A DNA stretch of 63,399 nt, filler included, from Octopus bimaculoides (Eukaryota): assembly GCF_001194135.2 (NCBI RefSeq). It is 6 parts of 5 records of this genome, joined end to end, with 100 filler letters (N's around TTAATTAATTAA, not from the genome) between each part and the next. Parts side by side here need not be neighbours in the genome. Positions count along the whole stretch, not along the records: positions 26,890 to 41,019 come from NC_068983.1; 5 more parts are not named here. The stretch is one strand, 5' to 3'. Within the stretch, counting starts at the first letter, position 1. Each line of letters begins with the position of its first letter. Under the pieces are notes generated by a model. It worked only from the letters and a program-made list of their open reading frames with translations, was not told the DNA's origin and did not search any database. A program made the translations under genes and the position numbers. Positions 26,890-39,925 of the stretch are shown here, piece by piece.

Positions 26890-27690
26890 TGAATAGCTTT
26901 TATTTGCGATATGAGGGCGGGTGTTGTCGTACAGCAGAAGCTCTCCATCATGACGATTAGGTCTTTTCTCTTGAATAGCCGTGTTGAGTCGTTCCATCTG
27001 TTGAACATAGAGTTCCACGTTAACCATTTGGTTCCGTTCAAGCAATTTGTAATGGATAATACCTTCCCAGTCCCACCATACGCGCAACATCATTTTACGA
27101 GGATGAAGACCTTGTTTCACGCGCGGTGTCGCTTGATTACCGGATCGAAGCTATTCCTTACGCTACTTCATATTGATGTACAGGCATGATTTTTCGTTGC
27201 CAATAACGATTCGGTAAAGAAATCGTTGTTTGTGTCCATGAGTTGAGCGGTGACGAGCAAGCAAACCAGCGGAGATGGGGGCTCGTTGATTTTTGTTGTT
27301 GTCACGTAAAGCATGCGGAACGCATGCTTCTTACTTCTGAACCTTTCCCATCGAATGAAGATGCTTCTCTATAGCAGTGTGGGAGCATTCCATTTACTCT
27401 ACTAGTTCCCTTGTAGTTTAACGAGAATCTTTGTGCAAAAGTTGGTCTAATAGTTCTTCATCGAACTCAACTGGTCGGCCAGAACGAGGTGTGGCAGTTT
27501 GGAGGTTGGAATACCAATCATGAGCGGTTTTTTCAGCTATGGCCTCCTCTCCATACACAGCACAAATATCGCGAGCAGCTTTTGCGTCCTTAGAATCACC
27601 TTGATTAAAAGCAAAAAGAGGTGTCAACAATAGTAGTTTTTCTTAACTTGACATTTCATTTTAATGATCTGAAAATAAACAAAATTTAGC
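26890..27690 (-). mobile_element. Mariner transposase fragment, degenerate
   Basis: AARDICAVYGEEAI, PRSGRPVEFDEELL, GLHPRKMMLRVWWDWEGIIHYKLL..VNVELYVQQMERL, LLYDNTRPH. Frameshifted and bounded by gaps. Confidence 0.85.
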
Positions 27691-28225
27691 TAAAATCAAC
27701 TAAAAAAAAAAAAAAAANNNNNNNNNNNNNNNNNNNNNNNNNNNNNNNNNNNNNNNNNNNNNNNNNNNNNNNNNNNNNNNNNNNNNNNNNNNNNNNNNNN
27801 NNNNNNNNNNNNNNNNNNNNNNNNNNNNNNNNNNNNNNNNNNNNNNNNNNNNNNNNNNNNNNNNNNNNNNNNNNNNNNNNNNNNNNNNNNNNNNNNNNNN
27901 NNNNNNNNNNNNNNNNNNNNNNNNNNNNNNNNNNNNNNNNNNNNNNNNNNNNNNNNNNNNNNNNNNNNNNNNNNNNNNNNNNNNNNNNNNNNNNNNNNNN
28001 NNNNNNNNNNNNNNNNNNNNNNNNNNNNNNNNNNNNNNNNNNNNNNNNNNNNNNNNNNNNNNNNNNNNNNNNNNNNNNNNNNNNNNNNNNNNNNNNNNNN
28101 NNNNNNNNNNNNNNNNNNNNNNNNNNNNNNNNNNNNNNNNNNNNNNNNNNNNNNNNNNNNNNNNNNNNNNNNNNNNNNNNNNNNNNNNNNNNNNNNNNNN
28201 NNNNNNNNNNNNNNNNNNNNNNNNN

Positions 28226-28259
<34 letters not shown>

Positions 28260-28587
28260 CATACATGCACACAAACTGACTCTTTACTGAAGCAATATTG
28301 CTTTAAATTTGGTCATGCATTTCACAACCGAGTAGATTTACAGGTGAAACTTTTAATATATTTGAAAGTATAGAAGTATAAGTTTAAACTTGTATATTAC
28401 AGTTAATTCAAAATAATTGCAATACATTATGCTTAAAACAACTACGATACATTATCAGAAAAGAAATGAAAATTAAAATAAATTATATGTGCTATGAATT
28501 ATATCTAATATATACTAGTACATGTAGATGAAATATGGAGTACACGAAAATAAACGTCAATATATTGAACTGGAATTTTAAAGTTAA

Positions 28588-28730
28588 AATTCCACTGAGG
28601 TCGATTTGCATTTCATTATATTGGGGTCGATAATATAAGTGTCAGTTCAACACTGGGCTCTATGTAATCGCCTTACTTCCTCATCGAAATTGCTGACCTT
28701 GTACCAAGATTTGAAACGAGTATATTACAG
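28588..28730 (+). mobile_element. Second SINE family, 5'-truncated copy
   Basis: ttccactgaggtcgatttgcatttcat..ggggtcgataa..taagt..cag..ctggg..gtaatcg..aaattgctgaccttgtaccaagatttgaaac; shares its tail with 46530..46692. Confidence 0.55.
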
Positions 28731-29510
28731 TTCATTGTGACGTTCGCATATAGAATATATTTCAGTATTTCGTTGGTAGAATACATATGAAAGGATGCAA
28801 AAAATACTAATAAAAGTACGTTAGAGGTCATCAAATAGAGGAAATAAGAATATTTTGACCAGTTAATGAATACACCTGCATCACAGAAATTCTTAACTAA
28901 AAGCAAGGGGAATAGCAAGAGAAATAACAGTTATCTGGAAAGTATACAATGGTTTCCAATGCTTTCAATCTGAAAGTACAAAACACCACGCAAATAGATG
29001 CTAGTTGGAAACATTGTTAAATCGCTAGCGCTAACTGTACTTGTTTTCAGCAGCGCTGAACCAAACAGTTTAATTACTATAACATGCACCTTTACCTCTA
29101 TCATTCTCACAAGGAGTCAAATACTTTTATATGACAAAGTACTTCAGCATTTCACATACGTTGTTTTTAAATGGTGTCAACAATAGTCAAGCACTTTAAT
29201 TATTTACAAACTTCATTATGTAAGATAGAGATAATACATTGAAAAATCATTCTCTCCATGTGGACTTTAACAAAAATATAGAAACGAGTATTAGTTATAA
29301 CGAATAATGTTTTTTAAAATCCTGCTATAAAATTATTACTGTTTTACATACATCTTGACCTACAAATATTTCACTTCGGCGATTGCGGGCGGGATAAAGC
29401 GCCACACATTCCACAATATTATACACTCACTCTGTAAAGAACACTCACGGAAGGCTCAGCCTCAATTAGTTCACACTTTAGGAATAGTTTTATTACCTTC
29501 TGTCTGTCTG

Positions 29511-29612
<102 letters not shown>

Positions 29613-29854
29613 ATATATAGAAATTTAGATTCAAAATTGAATGTGGCACTTAGGTTTAGGCACCAGAATATTGTATGGTATTATCCAAACAATTCCAAAA
29701 ACAAGGTGATCAAGAATAAAAAAGGGCAACACAGATTTTAAAGGTTATTGTAGTACGCACGTTTCATGCTACTCCATTTATTTAAGTAATGCGAGCATTA
29801 CATTAAATGCAAAATGCAGAGCAATCTTCAGCTGCACAAAAATATAGAAATTTT

Positions 29855-30278
29855 ACATTAGAAAACAGCCAGTATTGGTCAATAGAAAAGGACCAATTCT
29901 TCTGCACGACAACGCTCGGCCGCACGTCGCACAACTGACTTTAAAGAGGTTGAACGATTTGGGCTACAAAATTCTACCTCATCTGCCATACTTACCAGAC
30001 CTCTGGCCTACTGACTACTACTTTTTGAAGTATCTTGACAAATTCATGCATGAGAAATGCTCAAAAACCAAGATGAAGCAAAACACACCTTCAACGTCTT
30101 CATCGCCACCAGAACGCAAGACATTTACGCTACAAGCATAAATAAACTTGTTTCGCATTGGAAAAAAGTGTGTTGATTCTGATGGTGTTTATTTCAATTA
30201 ATAAAGTTTTGTTTGAGCCGAGATATGTGCATCTGAATTTAAAGATTAAAATCCTCAAGAACTTTCTTGACAACCTAA
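29855..30278 (+). mobile_element. 3' part of a cecropia-subfamily (Hsmar1-like) mariner with its right TIR
   Basis: LVNRKGPILLHDNARPHVAQLTLKRLNDLGYKILPHLPYLPDLWPTDYYFLKYLDKF, then INKLVSHWKKCVDSDGVYFN*. Ends gaactttcttgacaacctaa|TA, like the mariner TIR ..CACCAACCTAA|TA. Confidence 0.85.
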
Positions 30279-31707
30279 TATATACACCTCATTGTGTCAG
30301 CGAAGAATTTGTAATTGCAGAAGTGATAGAACGAAATACTAAGCCTTGGTAGTGTAGAACTGCGTTTCCCCAGGCTCTATAATTATCAAAGCTGGAAATA
30401 TGTCTATTACATCAGCATATACAGAATATTTTACCCTCCGGCGCAGCACATATTTCAAAGGCAATTTCTATTTCTATATATGGATATATTAATATCACAC
30501 CAATAATGCTGAAAATGTAATTTGCGTTACATTATTCAGAGTTGCACTCATCAATCCTGGTAAAGTGATCAACAGAAATTCTTATAAATACGCATAATAT
30601 TTGTGTTGTTACATGTGATTTTTTGCCCTAAAATTATGACGGGTCACAGAACTAAAATCCGGGTGCATTGGTCATAACCACTCGTTACGCCGTACGACTT
30701 TGAATTCCTAATACTTGTAAATTATTTTCAGCGAGTTGATCCGAGTGCAAATTGTTATACCACATTCTCATACTGACAATCCTTTGCTCATTCTTTTCAT
30801 AATCCTATGCAGACATTACGAACATGTTTTATGTTGATTGCTGTTATTAACATGATTTGACATGTTCGGAAATGCTATCCAATATATATGTATATATATA
30901 TATATATATATATNNNNNNNNNNNNNNNNNNNNNNNNNNNNNNNNNNNNNNNNNNNNNNNNNNNNNNNNNNNNNNNNNNNNNNNNNNNNNNNNNNNNNNN
31001 NNNNNNNNNNNNNNNNNNNNNNNNNNNNNNNNNNNNNNNNNNNNNNNNNNNNNNNNNNNNNNNNNNNNNNNNNNNNNNNNNNNNNNNNNNNNNNNNNNNN
31101 NNNNNNNNNNNNNNNNNNNNNNNNNNNNNNNNNNNNNNNNNNNNNNNNNNNNNNNNNNNNNNNNNNNNNNNNNNNNNNNNNNNNNNNNNNNNNNNNNNNN
31201 NNNNNNNNNNNNNNNNNNNNNNNNNNNNNNNNNNNNNNNNNNNNNNNNNNNNNNNNNNNNNNNNNNNNNNNNNNNNNNNNNNNNNNNNNNNNNNNNNNNN
31301 NNNNNNNNNNNNNNNNNNNNNNNNNNNNNNNNNNNNNNNNNNNNNNNNNNNNNNNNNNNNNNNNNNNNNNNNNNNNNNNNNNNNNNNNNNNNNNNNNNNN
31401 NNNNNNNNNNNNNNNNNNNNNNNNNNNNNNNNNNNNNNNNNNNNNNNNNNNNNNNNNNNNNNNNNNNNNNNNNNNNNNNNNNNNNNNNNNNNNNNNNNNN
31501 NNNNNNNNNNNNNNNNNNNNNNNNNNNNNNNNNNNNNNNNNNNNNNNNNNNNNNNNNNNNNNNNNNNNNNNNNNNNNNNNNNNNNNNNNNNNNNNNNNNN
31601 NNNNNNNNNNNNNNNNNNNNNNNNNNNNNNNNNNNNNNNNNNNNNNNNNNNNNNNNNNNNNNNNNNNNNNNNNNNNNNNNNNNNNNNNNNNNNNNNNNNN
31701 NNNNNNA

Positions 31708-31912
31708 AAATTCACAAAACAAAAAACAAAAGAGGAAGACAGGTGGTGTAGAAAACAAACAGATGTATTAGTATAACGCTCGGGAATTGGAAATGTCTTT
31801 AACGTTTCGAACCTACGCTCTTCCACAGAAAGGAACACAGAAAGAAACAAGGGGAGAAACAAGTAGAGAAAAAAGATGTGTGTAGTGGTTAGCGATATGT
31901 CGTGGCGAATAT
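31708..31912 (-). mobile_element. Short non-coding hammerhead-bearing repeat (pseudo-LTR/retrozyme-like)
   Basis: About 200-bp pyrimidine-rich unit bounded by (AT)n and a gap, centred on the HHR-like motif at 31797. Confidence 0.5.
31797..31832 (-). ncRNA. Minimal type I hammerhead-like motif with variant core
   Basis: Minus strand CUUU-CUGUGGA-A-[GAGC GUAG GUUC]-GAAA-CG-UU/AAAG: helix I CUUU:AAAG, helix II, palindromic AACGUU helix III. Core differs from CUGANGA at A6. Confidence 0.55.
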
Positions 31913-34611
31913 ATATATATCGAATATATATGCTGGAAGGAACCTTCTCCACGTTTACAATCTCTGGCATCAGTTTAACCAGCCATCACTTGTCCGGTTG
32001 TGGATTTCATGATCTTGTTAATTTCACGTGTACCTTCTGAAGAGGTTCGACAGATGATTTGCAGTTTCTTTCATTATATCTTACACAAATGAGGATAAAT
32101 AACTATGACATTCACAGATTAATAAGTAAAGACCAAGGCAAGTGATTTACAGCATACTTATTCAAAAGAACATTATAGTTAGAACGTTCTCTGTCCTAAA
32201 CTTGCTTCTATCTCAGTAAAACGCTTGTATGTCTGATATGAAATTACGTGCAATATACACAGGACATTTGGAGATTTGTCAGGGAATGCATATTCAAAAC
32301 GTAAATTCACATGCACTACGGTTCATTCCTCCGCAAACCGACCCGAATTCTTTGAACACAATATAGATGACTCCTACCGGCATGGAATTTTTATTATATA
32401 TCCTGCAGGTAGCTACGACGTAGAGATGTATTGCAGTTGCTGCTCCATGTAGATTTGTTTTTTTACTCCAAAAGTACACGTTATTTTCTCGCCAAAGAGA
32501 AATCCATTCCTCGGAGGATTTTCATTTCATGTCATCTTGAGTATTTTAAAAAATGTGCTTAGATAATCTCACTATCTGTTATTCATTCCCTTGCATCGAA
32601 TTTATTTCAATTTAATCAGTTACGTATATTTGGGTTTAAAAGTTATCTTTTAAAATTTAGTTCATTTGCCTGTCATGTGGATAATATTTGTATACATCTC
32701 ATGTGTGACTCAGTGTTTGCAAATTTATGGCAATTTTGGTCCTGCAAACCTTGTTACACAACGCAACTGTCTTCTCTTTCTTTTTTTGAATTGTGACTTA
32801 TCTGAAGTTTCACGTTGCCAGTATTTGATATATGATAATGTTTGATTTCTACTATCTTATTCATTGTCTCTGCTAAATAGTTTGCAAGGGACTATATGTA
32901 TGTAAGAATGTATGTATATATGCGTACATGTAGGTAGGTAGATGTGCAAGAATGCATGCATGTATGTATGAATGAATCTCTATAGATACATACATACACA
33001 CGTATACATATAGACGGACATATATATATATATATATATANNNNNNNNNNNNNNNNNNNNNNNNNNNNNNNNNNNNNNNNNNNNNNNNNNNNNNNNNNNN
33101 NNNNNNNNNNNNNNNNNNNNNNNNNNNNNNNNNNNNNNNNNNNNNNNNNNNNNNNNNNNNNNNNNNNNNNNNNNNNNNNNNNNNNNNNNNNNNNNNNNNN
33201 NNNNNNNNNNNNNNNNNNNNNNNNNNNNNNNNNNNNNNNNNNNNNNNNNNNNNNNNNNNNNNNNNNNNNNNNNNNNNNNNNNNNNNNNNNNNNNNNNNNN
33301 NNNNNNNNNNNNNNNNNNNNNNNNNNNNNNNNNNNNNNNNNNNNNNNNNNNNNNNNNNNNNNNNNNNNNNNNNNNNNNNNNNNNNNNNNNNNNNNNNNNN
33401 NNNNNNNNNNNNNNNTATATATATGTCCGTCTATATGTATACGTGTGTATGTATGTATCTCTTTCGATCAATCAATCTATCTATTTATCTGTCTATCCAT
33501 CCGTCTATCCATTCATCAATTTATCCATGTATTAAAATGTCATACGTAAATAAATATTTATGTTAATATTTATATGTTCCCAATGGCACGAAGCCAGTCT
33601 GGAATTATAATAGAATATTTCCAGCCGAATCATACTAAGTATTAAATTTGTCCAAATTCTGACGAGCGTGAAGCATATCTCAAGATAGAAGCATTATGTC
33701 GAAAATCAACCACAACGTCTACAACGCCGACTTTCCCGAATGTTACTACGTATCTGCGAGTAATGTGCCGCAGTGAATAAAGTGATGGAAGCACTTTCAC
33801 ACTTTTCTGGCATATTTAATGAAAAAAGAAACCGAACTTAAATGTTTACGAAAATCCTGTGGCATCATCAAAAACGTCAAAATATTGTGAGGTAGTTTCT
33901 TATCAGGGTGTAAAAGAAGTTTTGTAAAACGGTCTGGATACAAGAATTCCGCTTTGCACTAGCCAGCATTGCTGTCACTGACAATTCTTCCTAACATAGT
34001 ACAATATCCGTTATCACCCTCACCAGAAGAATTTCACTGGTGTAGATAATGACTGAAATGGTGCAGTGAGAATAGAACATTCCTCCTAAAAACAATTCAT
34101 GGAAATGCATAGGGGGATTCGTGACGATATATGTAAAAAGTACGTGATTTTGAATATCAAGATCGTCATTGGGAAAGCTAAGCTATGAACTATTCTTAGC
34201 TGCCCATCGAATATGCAACGGCGTTAGACTTTCTTTGATTTTCCGGTTTGCTTTTTGATGAAAATCGAGTGCTCTAAATTAAACTGTGTGTGGAGATTGT
34301 GCTCTGGGCTGCAAGTGGCTATGTGATCGGAATGTGAATATATAAGCTGAGGTAGCATTAATATTTGCTCGTCTGAAATTTCTTGTTTAACTCGTCAGTT
34401 TGCACGTCTAAGTCGCGGAACTAATACATATTTGTGCATTCAACAGCAACCGGTGGCTTAATCTTTGTTCGGTTTATCACTTTACGTTGATTGCTACAAT
34501 GCTGCATGACAAAGTTATTTTAATCACTAATGAATTTCAAATAAAGATTAGCCATAAAGTGAACGGGATCATGAAAACGACGAGAAAAATACAGAGTCTT
34601 AAGACCATAGC

Positions 34612-34715
34612 TCGAGGGTTTAGTCCTACGTCGTAGCAACTTTAGAAAGTGACTTCTATTCTAGCCCCAGGCTGACATAAGCCTAGTGAGCAGATTTGGT
34701 AGACGGAAACTGAAA
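34612..34715 (+). mobile_element. SINE fragment (23881 family)
   Basis: gagggtttagtcctac..aagtgacttctatt..gcctagtgagcagatttggtagacggaaactgaaa. Confidence 0.6.
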
Positions 34716-34719
34716 TCTC

Positions 34720-35110
34720 AGCAACTTAGCGTCTTCGTTGTCTAAATTACAGGTTCATCCGCAGAAGTGTGGCGAAATGTGGTGCAGGGTTATCACCAGT
34801 CAGGTCCTTCAGTGCAATTTGGAGAGACTGTTATAAACAAAAGGTTCAAGCTGATAATTCTAAACGTTTTGGTCCGGCCTTCAGCAATTTGTGATTGAGA
34901 AATATTGATGAGACTGCATCTGACGCCCAACGACTGCAAGATACGTGCTACATCTGACTATTTGCTGGCCCGTATATGAAATGTTTGAATTGTGGGACAG
35001 ATAGGAACAGATAGAAATATGGCAATACGTTGATAACGTTATCGAAGTCCAGATCTTCTGCTTTTTCTTCGTCTGGATGAACGGCAAATGGTCTCAGCCG
35101 TATGAAAGAC
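34720..35110 (-). mobile_element. Old RTE-LINE remnant (pre-RT region)
   Basis: Minus frames FDNVINVLP and ASDAVSSIFLNHKLLKAGPKRLELSA*TF..QSLQI resemble the G.D....E.LK.GG..L...L..LF..IW...QIP region of LINE ORF2. Confidence 0.4.
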
Positions 35111-36702
35111 AAACCTTAAGTGATGATATGAGCATTAGGCGAGTACATCATATAGAAAATATAAACATATATATTTTACTTATATTCACACGTAAACTCT
35201 TTCGCCTGCATCCTGATTGATCAAATGCAGTGGTTATATTTATAATAACTATCTACGGTATATGATATGTTTAACCGATCTATCGAGAAAAGAAATGTGT
35301 AAACAAGATAAAAGATGTTGGCATAAACCAGTCAGTTATTCCCTCTCTGTGAATTCTCACGGAAGACGTTGGTCAGGAAATGAATTTTTGTCTTATTACA
35401 AACAGGGTTACACTTCACTAAATCATTTTATTTTTTGCATGGCTTCCTGTCCTAAAATTCCAACTCATCTTCCATTGTGGTTTAAATTCTTTTATATCTT
35501 TTGTTAACTGTTTAGCAATTATTCTATTTGGCTTCTGTTTATTCGATTGGACAGGTTTCCCTTTTCATACCTCAGTATATGTTTGAAAGTGATAAACCTA
35601 ATTGTCCATTTATTTTTTGAAGTTTCCCACGTATAATAATGAAAATGTAGATTAAAGATTCCTCCCTGATCATAATTGCAAAAATATATGAAAAAGAAAC
35701 ACTATATTAATAAAAACAATCGTATATAAACAGATGGGCAAGAAACGGAATGGAAAAACAATTATTTAATATTCGTCTTCAAAATTGATTAAAGAAGGGT
35801 AATGTCTGAAAGAGGAACAGAAACCTAAAATAAAATAAAAAATCTAAAAGCATTAAAAACAAAGGTGATATAACATTCTTCAAGATGAATGTGTACTGTA
35901 CGAGTGATTATATCCTTATAAGTGAGGAAAACAAACGGATCAAATAGAAGTGGATACATACAGAGAATTAAAGCGTGGGGAAGTGTAGATTAGAAGGCAG
36001 AAAAGTGTGACAATGTAATAAGCGGTTGAAGAGTGTGAGATGTGACAAGAGAAATGTGAAAGAGAAAAGAATTCGACTAAACAAACACGAATTAAAAAGA
36101 GAAAGAAAGAGATGTAGAAACTAAGAAGGAAAAGGCTAAAGGATAATGATACTGATATGGTTGTTTACTGAATTACAGATACCACCTTTCTAAAATGTTT
36201 TTTGTTCCGTTGACAATACTCGCTGCTACTATTATTTGAAAGTTATTTTGAAACAAGCAGTTTTACATTTGGAGCAAGATAATTAGAAGTATTTCTATTA
36301 GATATTTGCAAAAGTTAAACTTCTCATCCGTAAGTATATTTCGCCTTCGTTATAATTCGGGGAAAAGAAAGAAAAATGTTTTAAATATATTGAATTAGAA
36401 TTCTTCAATTACAAAGAAGAATTTTCACAATATCAAGAAACAAATCCATAAAGAACTAATCCGACCTTAACCATGAGAATATAATACGACTTTCCAATTA
36501 AATAGTCTTGCAACGCCATTCCAATAGCGGAATCGATTAAGTATATATTGTTGTATATTGAATGGGGAATTATTTATCATTTGAAATAAAGAAATAAAGA
36601 AATAAACTTCACGGATTTTACTACACACACACGCACGCACGCACACACACACACATACACACGCACACACGCACACACACACACACACATACACACACAC
36701 AC

Positions 36703-36735
<33 letters not shown>

Positions 36736-37289
36736 NNNNNNNNNNNNNNNNNNNNNNNNNNNNNNNNNNNNNNNNNNNNNNNNNNNNNNNNNNNNNNNNN
36801 NNNNNNNNNNNNNNNNNNNNNNNNNNNNNNNNNNNNNNNNNNNNNNNNNNNNNNNNNNNNNNNNNNNNNNNNNNNNNNNNNNNNNNNNNNNNNNNNNNNN
36901 NNNNNNNNNNNNNNNNNNNNNNNNNNNNNNNNNNNNNNNNNNNNNNNNNNNNNNNNNNNNNNNNNNNNNNNNNNNNNNNNNNNNNNNNNNNNNNNNNNNN
37001 NNNNNNNNNNNNNNNNNNNNNNNNNNNNNNNNNNNNNNNNNNNNNNNNNNNNNNNNNNNNNNNNNNNNNNNNNNNNNNNNNNNNNNNNNNNNNNNNNNNN
37101 NNNNNNNNNNNNNNNNNNNNNNNNNNNNNNNNNNNNNNNNNNNTATATATATAGGACAATCAATAAGTTGTCATAATAGAACTCAGAGTTTCGAATACCG
37201 GAGATAAAATCTTCTAGGCCATTTCCTCACCTATTTAGACTAGATCGCCACTTTTGAGTTAGGTTGCCATCTAGACAGAAATATCTAGA

Positions 37290-39925
37290 TCTTAAGCATC
37301 CCAAATACCTTTTTTCAACAGCAAAAGTTTAGCAAGATGACTCGGATAAATCCTAGATCTAAGGATTGGCATCTTATAGACTATGTTATCACAAAGAAGC
37401 GAGATAATAGGGATTTAATATTACATGCTCATTTCATAATACCTGCTATATCTCTGACCATTCTCTACTCTGTAGTAAGGCTACTTTCCATCTGAAACAC
37501 AAGACTACACAAGTCATCAATGCCTCAACACATTAATGTTGAAAAGCAGGATGAGCTCTCTGTCACGTTGGACACTGCACTCAACACTGTTGAGATCAGT
37601 TATGACATAGAATCATCTTGGAACTCTCTGCATGATGCAACACACTCTGCATCTATAGATTTACTTGGACTTCTTGTCCGTAAACATCAAGATTGGTTAA
37701 CTTATATCAACAACACAATTGTCCAACACTTGATACATAGAACTGCACAGCTCTCATAAAACACGTATAAATGATAAGAGTTCCTCCAGAAAAGAGAATG
37801 ATAATGAAAAATGCAGAGGCCTGGTCCAACGTGCTTTGAGACAGATGAAGGAGGGCTGGTGGTCTTACAAGGCTACTGAATTCCAAGTAGCTGCAGACAG
37901 AAGGTATTGTAAAGCTTTTTATGATGGCCTCAAGTGACCTATAGCCCTCAAGACTACGGTGTTACACCTATTTTTTCATTTAATAGAGAGACGTTGTTAA
38001 CTGAGAAATCTGACACCCTGAAACGATAGAATGATAACCTTGGTGATCTTTCTATCCAAAGACACTAATGATGATGTCATAATATATATTCCACACTACG
38101 CTGAAATACTGGATTGTATCTGGAGCCAAGCATCATGGAAGTGGTAAACTCTGATAAACAGATCACTTCCGGCAAAGCATCTGGCAGTGATGCTGTCCCT
38201 CCTGAAATCTACAAGCATGGCGGACAGAATCTTTTAAAGAAGGTGCATGTCTTCTTCATAAATATTTGGATGGTAGGCCGTCTATCACAAAATTTCAAAG
38301 ATACCTCAGTTCAACAACTTTATAAGAACAAACGAAACAGAAGTGCCTGTGATAATCATCATGGGATATCGCGTCTGTCTATTGGTAGTAAGTTTCTATC
38401 TCGACTCATTCTAGACAGGATCAGCAAACACGTTGCAAATGATAGTTATCCAGAATCATAGTGCGGATTTCGCTCTGATCGTGACACTATTCACGTGATC
38501 TTTTCCCTTCGTCAAGTCATGTTGAAGGTACGCCTAAAATATCAAGAAGTGTTCATGGTATTCGATGACCTTCCTAATGTCTTCGACACTGAAAACCGGC
38601 AAACACTATGCAAAGCTCTGAAAATGCTTGGTATACATGACAAGATGTTAGATGTTATCGTCTGTCTTCGTGAGGGAATGAAGGCTGCTGTCGTGTTCGA
38701 TGGGGAATCTTCAGTTTCTTTTGACGTTACAAACGGCACAAAGCATGGTTGCTTTATGGATCCTGTTTTGTTTGAACTCTTCATTCCAGTGATACTGAGT
38801 TATGCTTTTGGCGACATAAAAAGTCACGTAGAATTCCAGTTTCGAACAAGCGCTGGACTATTCAATCATCAGTGTTTCAAAGCCAGAATACTGATACGCA
38901 TCAGTATCATTCGTAATAGACTTTTTGCAGATGCTGCTGCCTTAGTAGTGAACTCTTTAAAAGAACCTCGGGAACATATACACTGGCTTTCCGCTGCTTG
39001 TAAAGCCATTGGTCTGACCATCAGCATAAAGAAGACTTAAGTAATCCACCAATCTTGCCCTGCTCATGAACAAGTTCGAGGAAGCACGCAGAAGCCACCG
39101 GTTCACATTTTTTTTACGCTTCTATACGAATTGATGGGCAAAACCTAAATTGTGTGAAGTGAAGTCATATACACATTTTGGTAGTAAAGTGAATTCGAGC
39201 ACTTCTCTTAATGATGAAATCTTCAATCGTCTTGCATAGGCAACCAAAGCATTTGGCAAACTTCGCCACCGCCTATGGAATGAAGGGAGCATTAAACCTG
39301 ACATCAAAATACAGGCTTATAAATCTGCCAAACTTAATACTCTCTGTTGTAGCTAAGAATCGTGGATACCCTAAAGACGACACATTATCCAACTAGACAA
39401 TTTCCATAAAGACTGTTTCAGAGCAATCTGCGGTTATTGACTAAAAGATAGAGTTTCCAATGCCGATTTGTTGAGCAAGTGTAAGGTTGGTGGAATTGAG
39501 AGTTTCGTTATGCAGTCACTATTGCGCCGGGCTAGATATGTCGTCAGAATGAGTGACGAAAGAATACCCAGTGTCCTCATGTACAACCAGCTCGATAGTT
39601 GGCACAGGAATGTTGGTAGACCATGGTTCAGATATAAAGTCAAGCTGAAGAGTAACCTCTTAGAAGTGAAGATAGCTAATGACACCTTCTTTGAGACAAA
39701 ACATTTGAAGCGAACATAATGGAGATCGTTGTGTCAAAATGGTATTAGAAACTTTGTTTTAACCAGCATTAACAGGCCTCGGAGTGCCAGGCCAAGGACA
39801 AAAACGGCTGTAAATATACCATCTGCACTGACCTGTAATCCTCATACTTGTAGCATTTGTGGTCTTCTTCGAATATCGTTGGCACGACTTAAATGTCACA
39901 TTCGATATAAGCATTATGCCTGATG
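37290..39925 (+). mobile_element. RTE (BovB-like) LINE, degenerate: APE C-terminus, RT and terminal C2H2 finger
   Basis: NTFFQQ..PRSKDWHLIDYVI; SDHSLL; GKASGSDAVPPEIYKHGG; CDNHHGISRLSIG; GFRSDR.T..IFSLRQV; GTKHGCFMDPVLF; LFADAAAL; RNVGRPWFRYK; CSICG..ARLKCHIRYKH. Many stops. Confidence 0.9.

Noticed and set aside
32984-33460. About 45-bp exact inverted repeat flanking a gap
   Set aside because: Both arms run into self-complementary (TA)n at contig ends; most likely the assembler traversed the same sequence in both orientations.
33659-33710. ctgacga..gaaa spacing
   Set aside because: No helix II closes onto GAAA.
34348-34370. TGAGGTAG (let-7 seed-like)
   Set aside because: The rest of mature let-7 and a precursor hairpin are absent. 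No known miRNA was recognised anywhere in the window by eye.
34860-34895. Minus-strand ctgaaggccggaccaaaacgtt as a hammerhead
   Set aside because: The core is incomplete and the segment translates as LLKAGPKRL within a LINE remnant.
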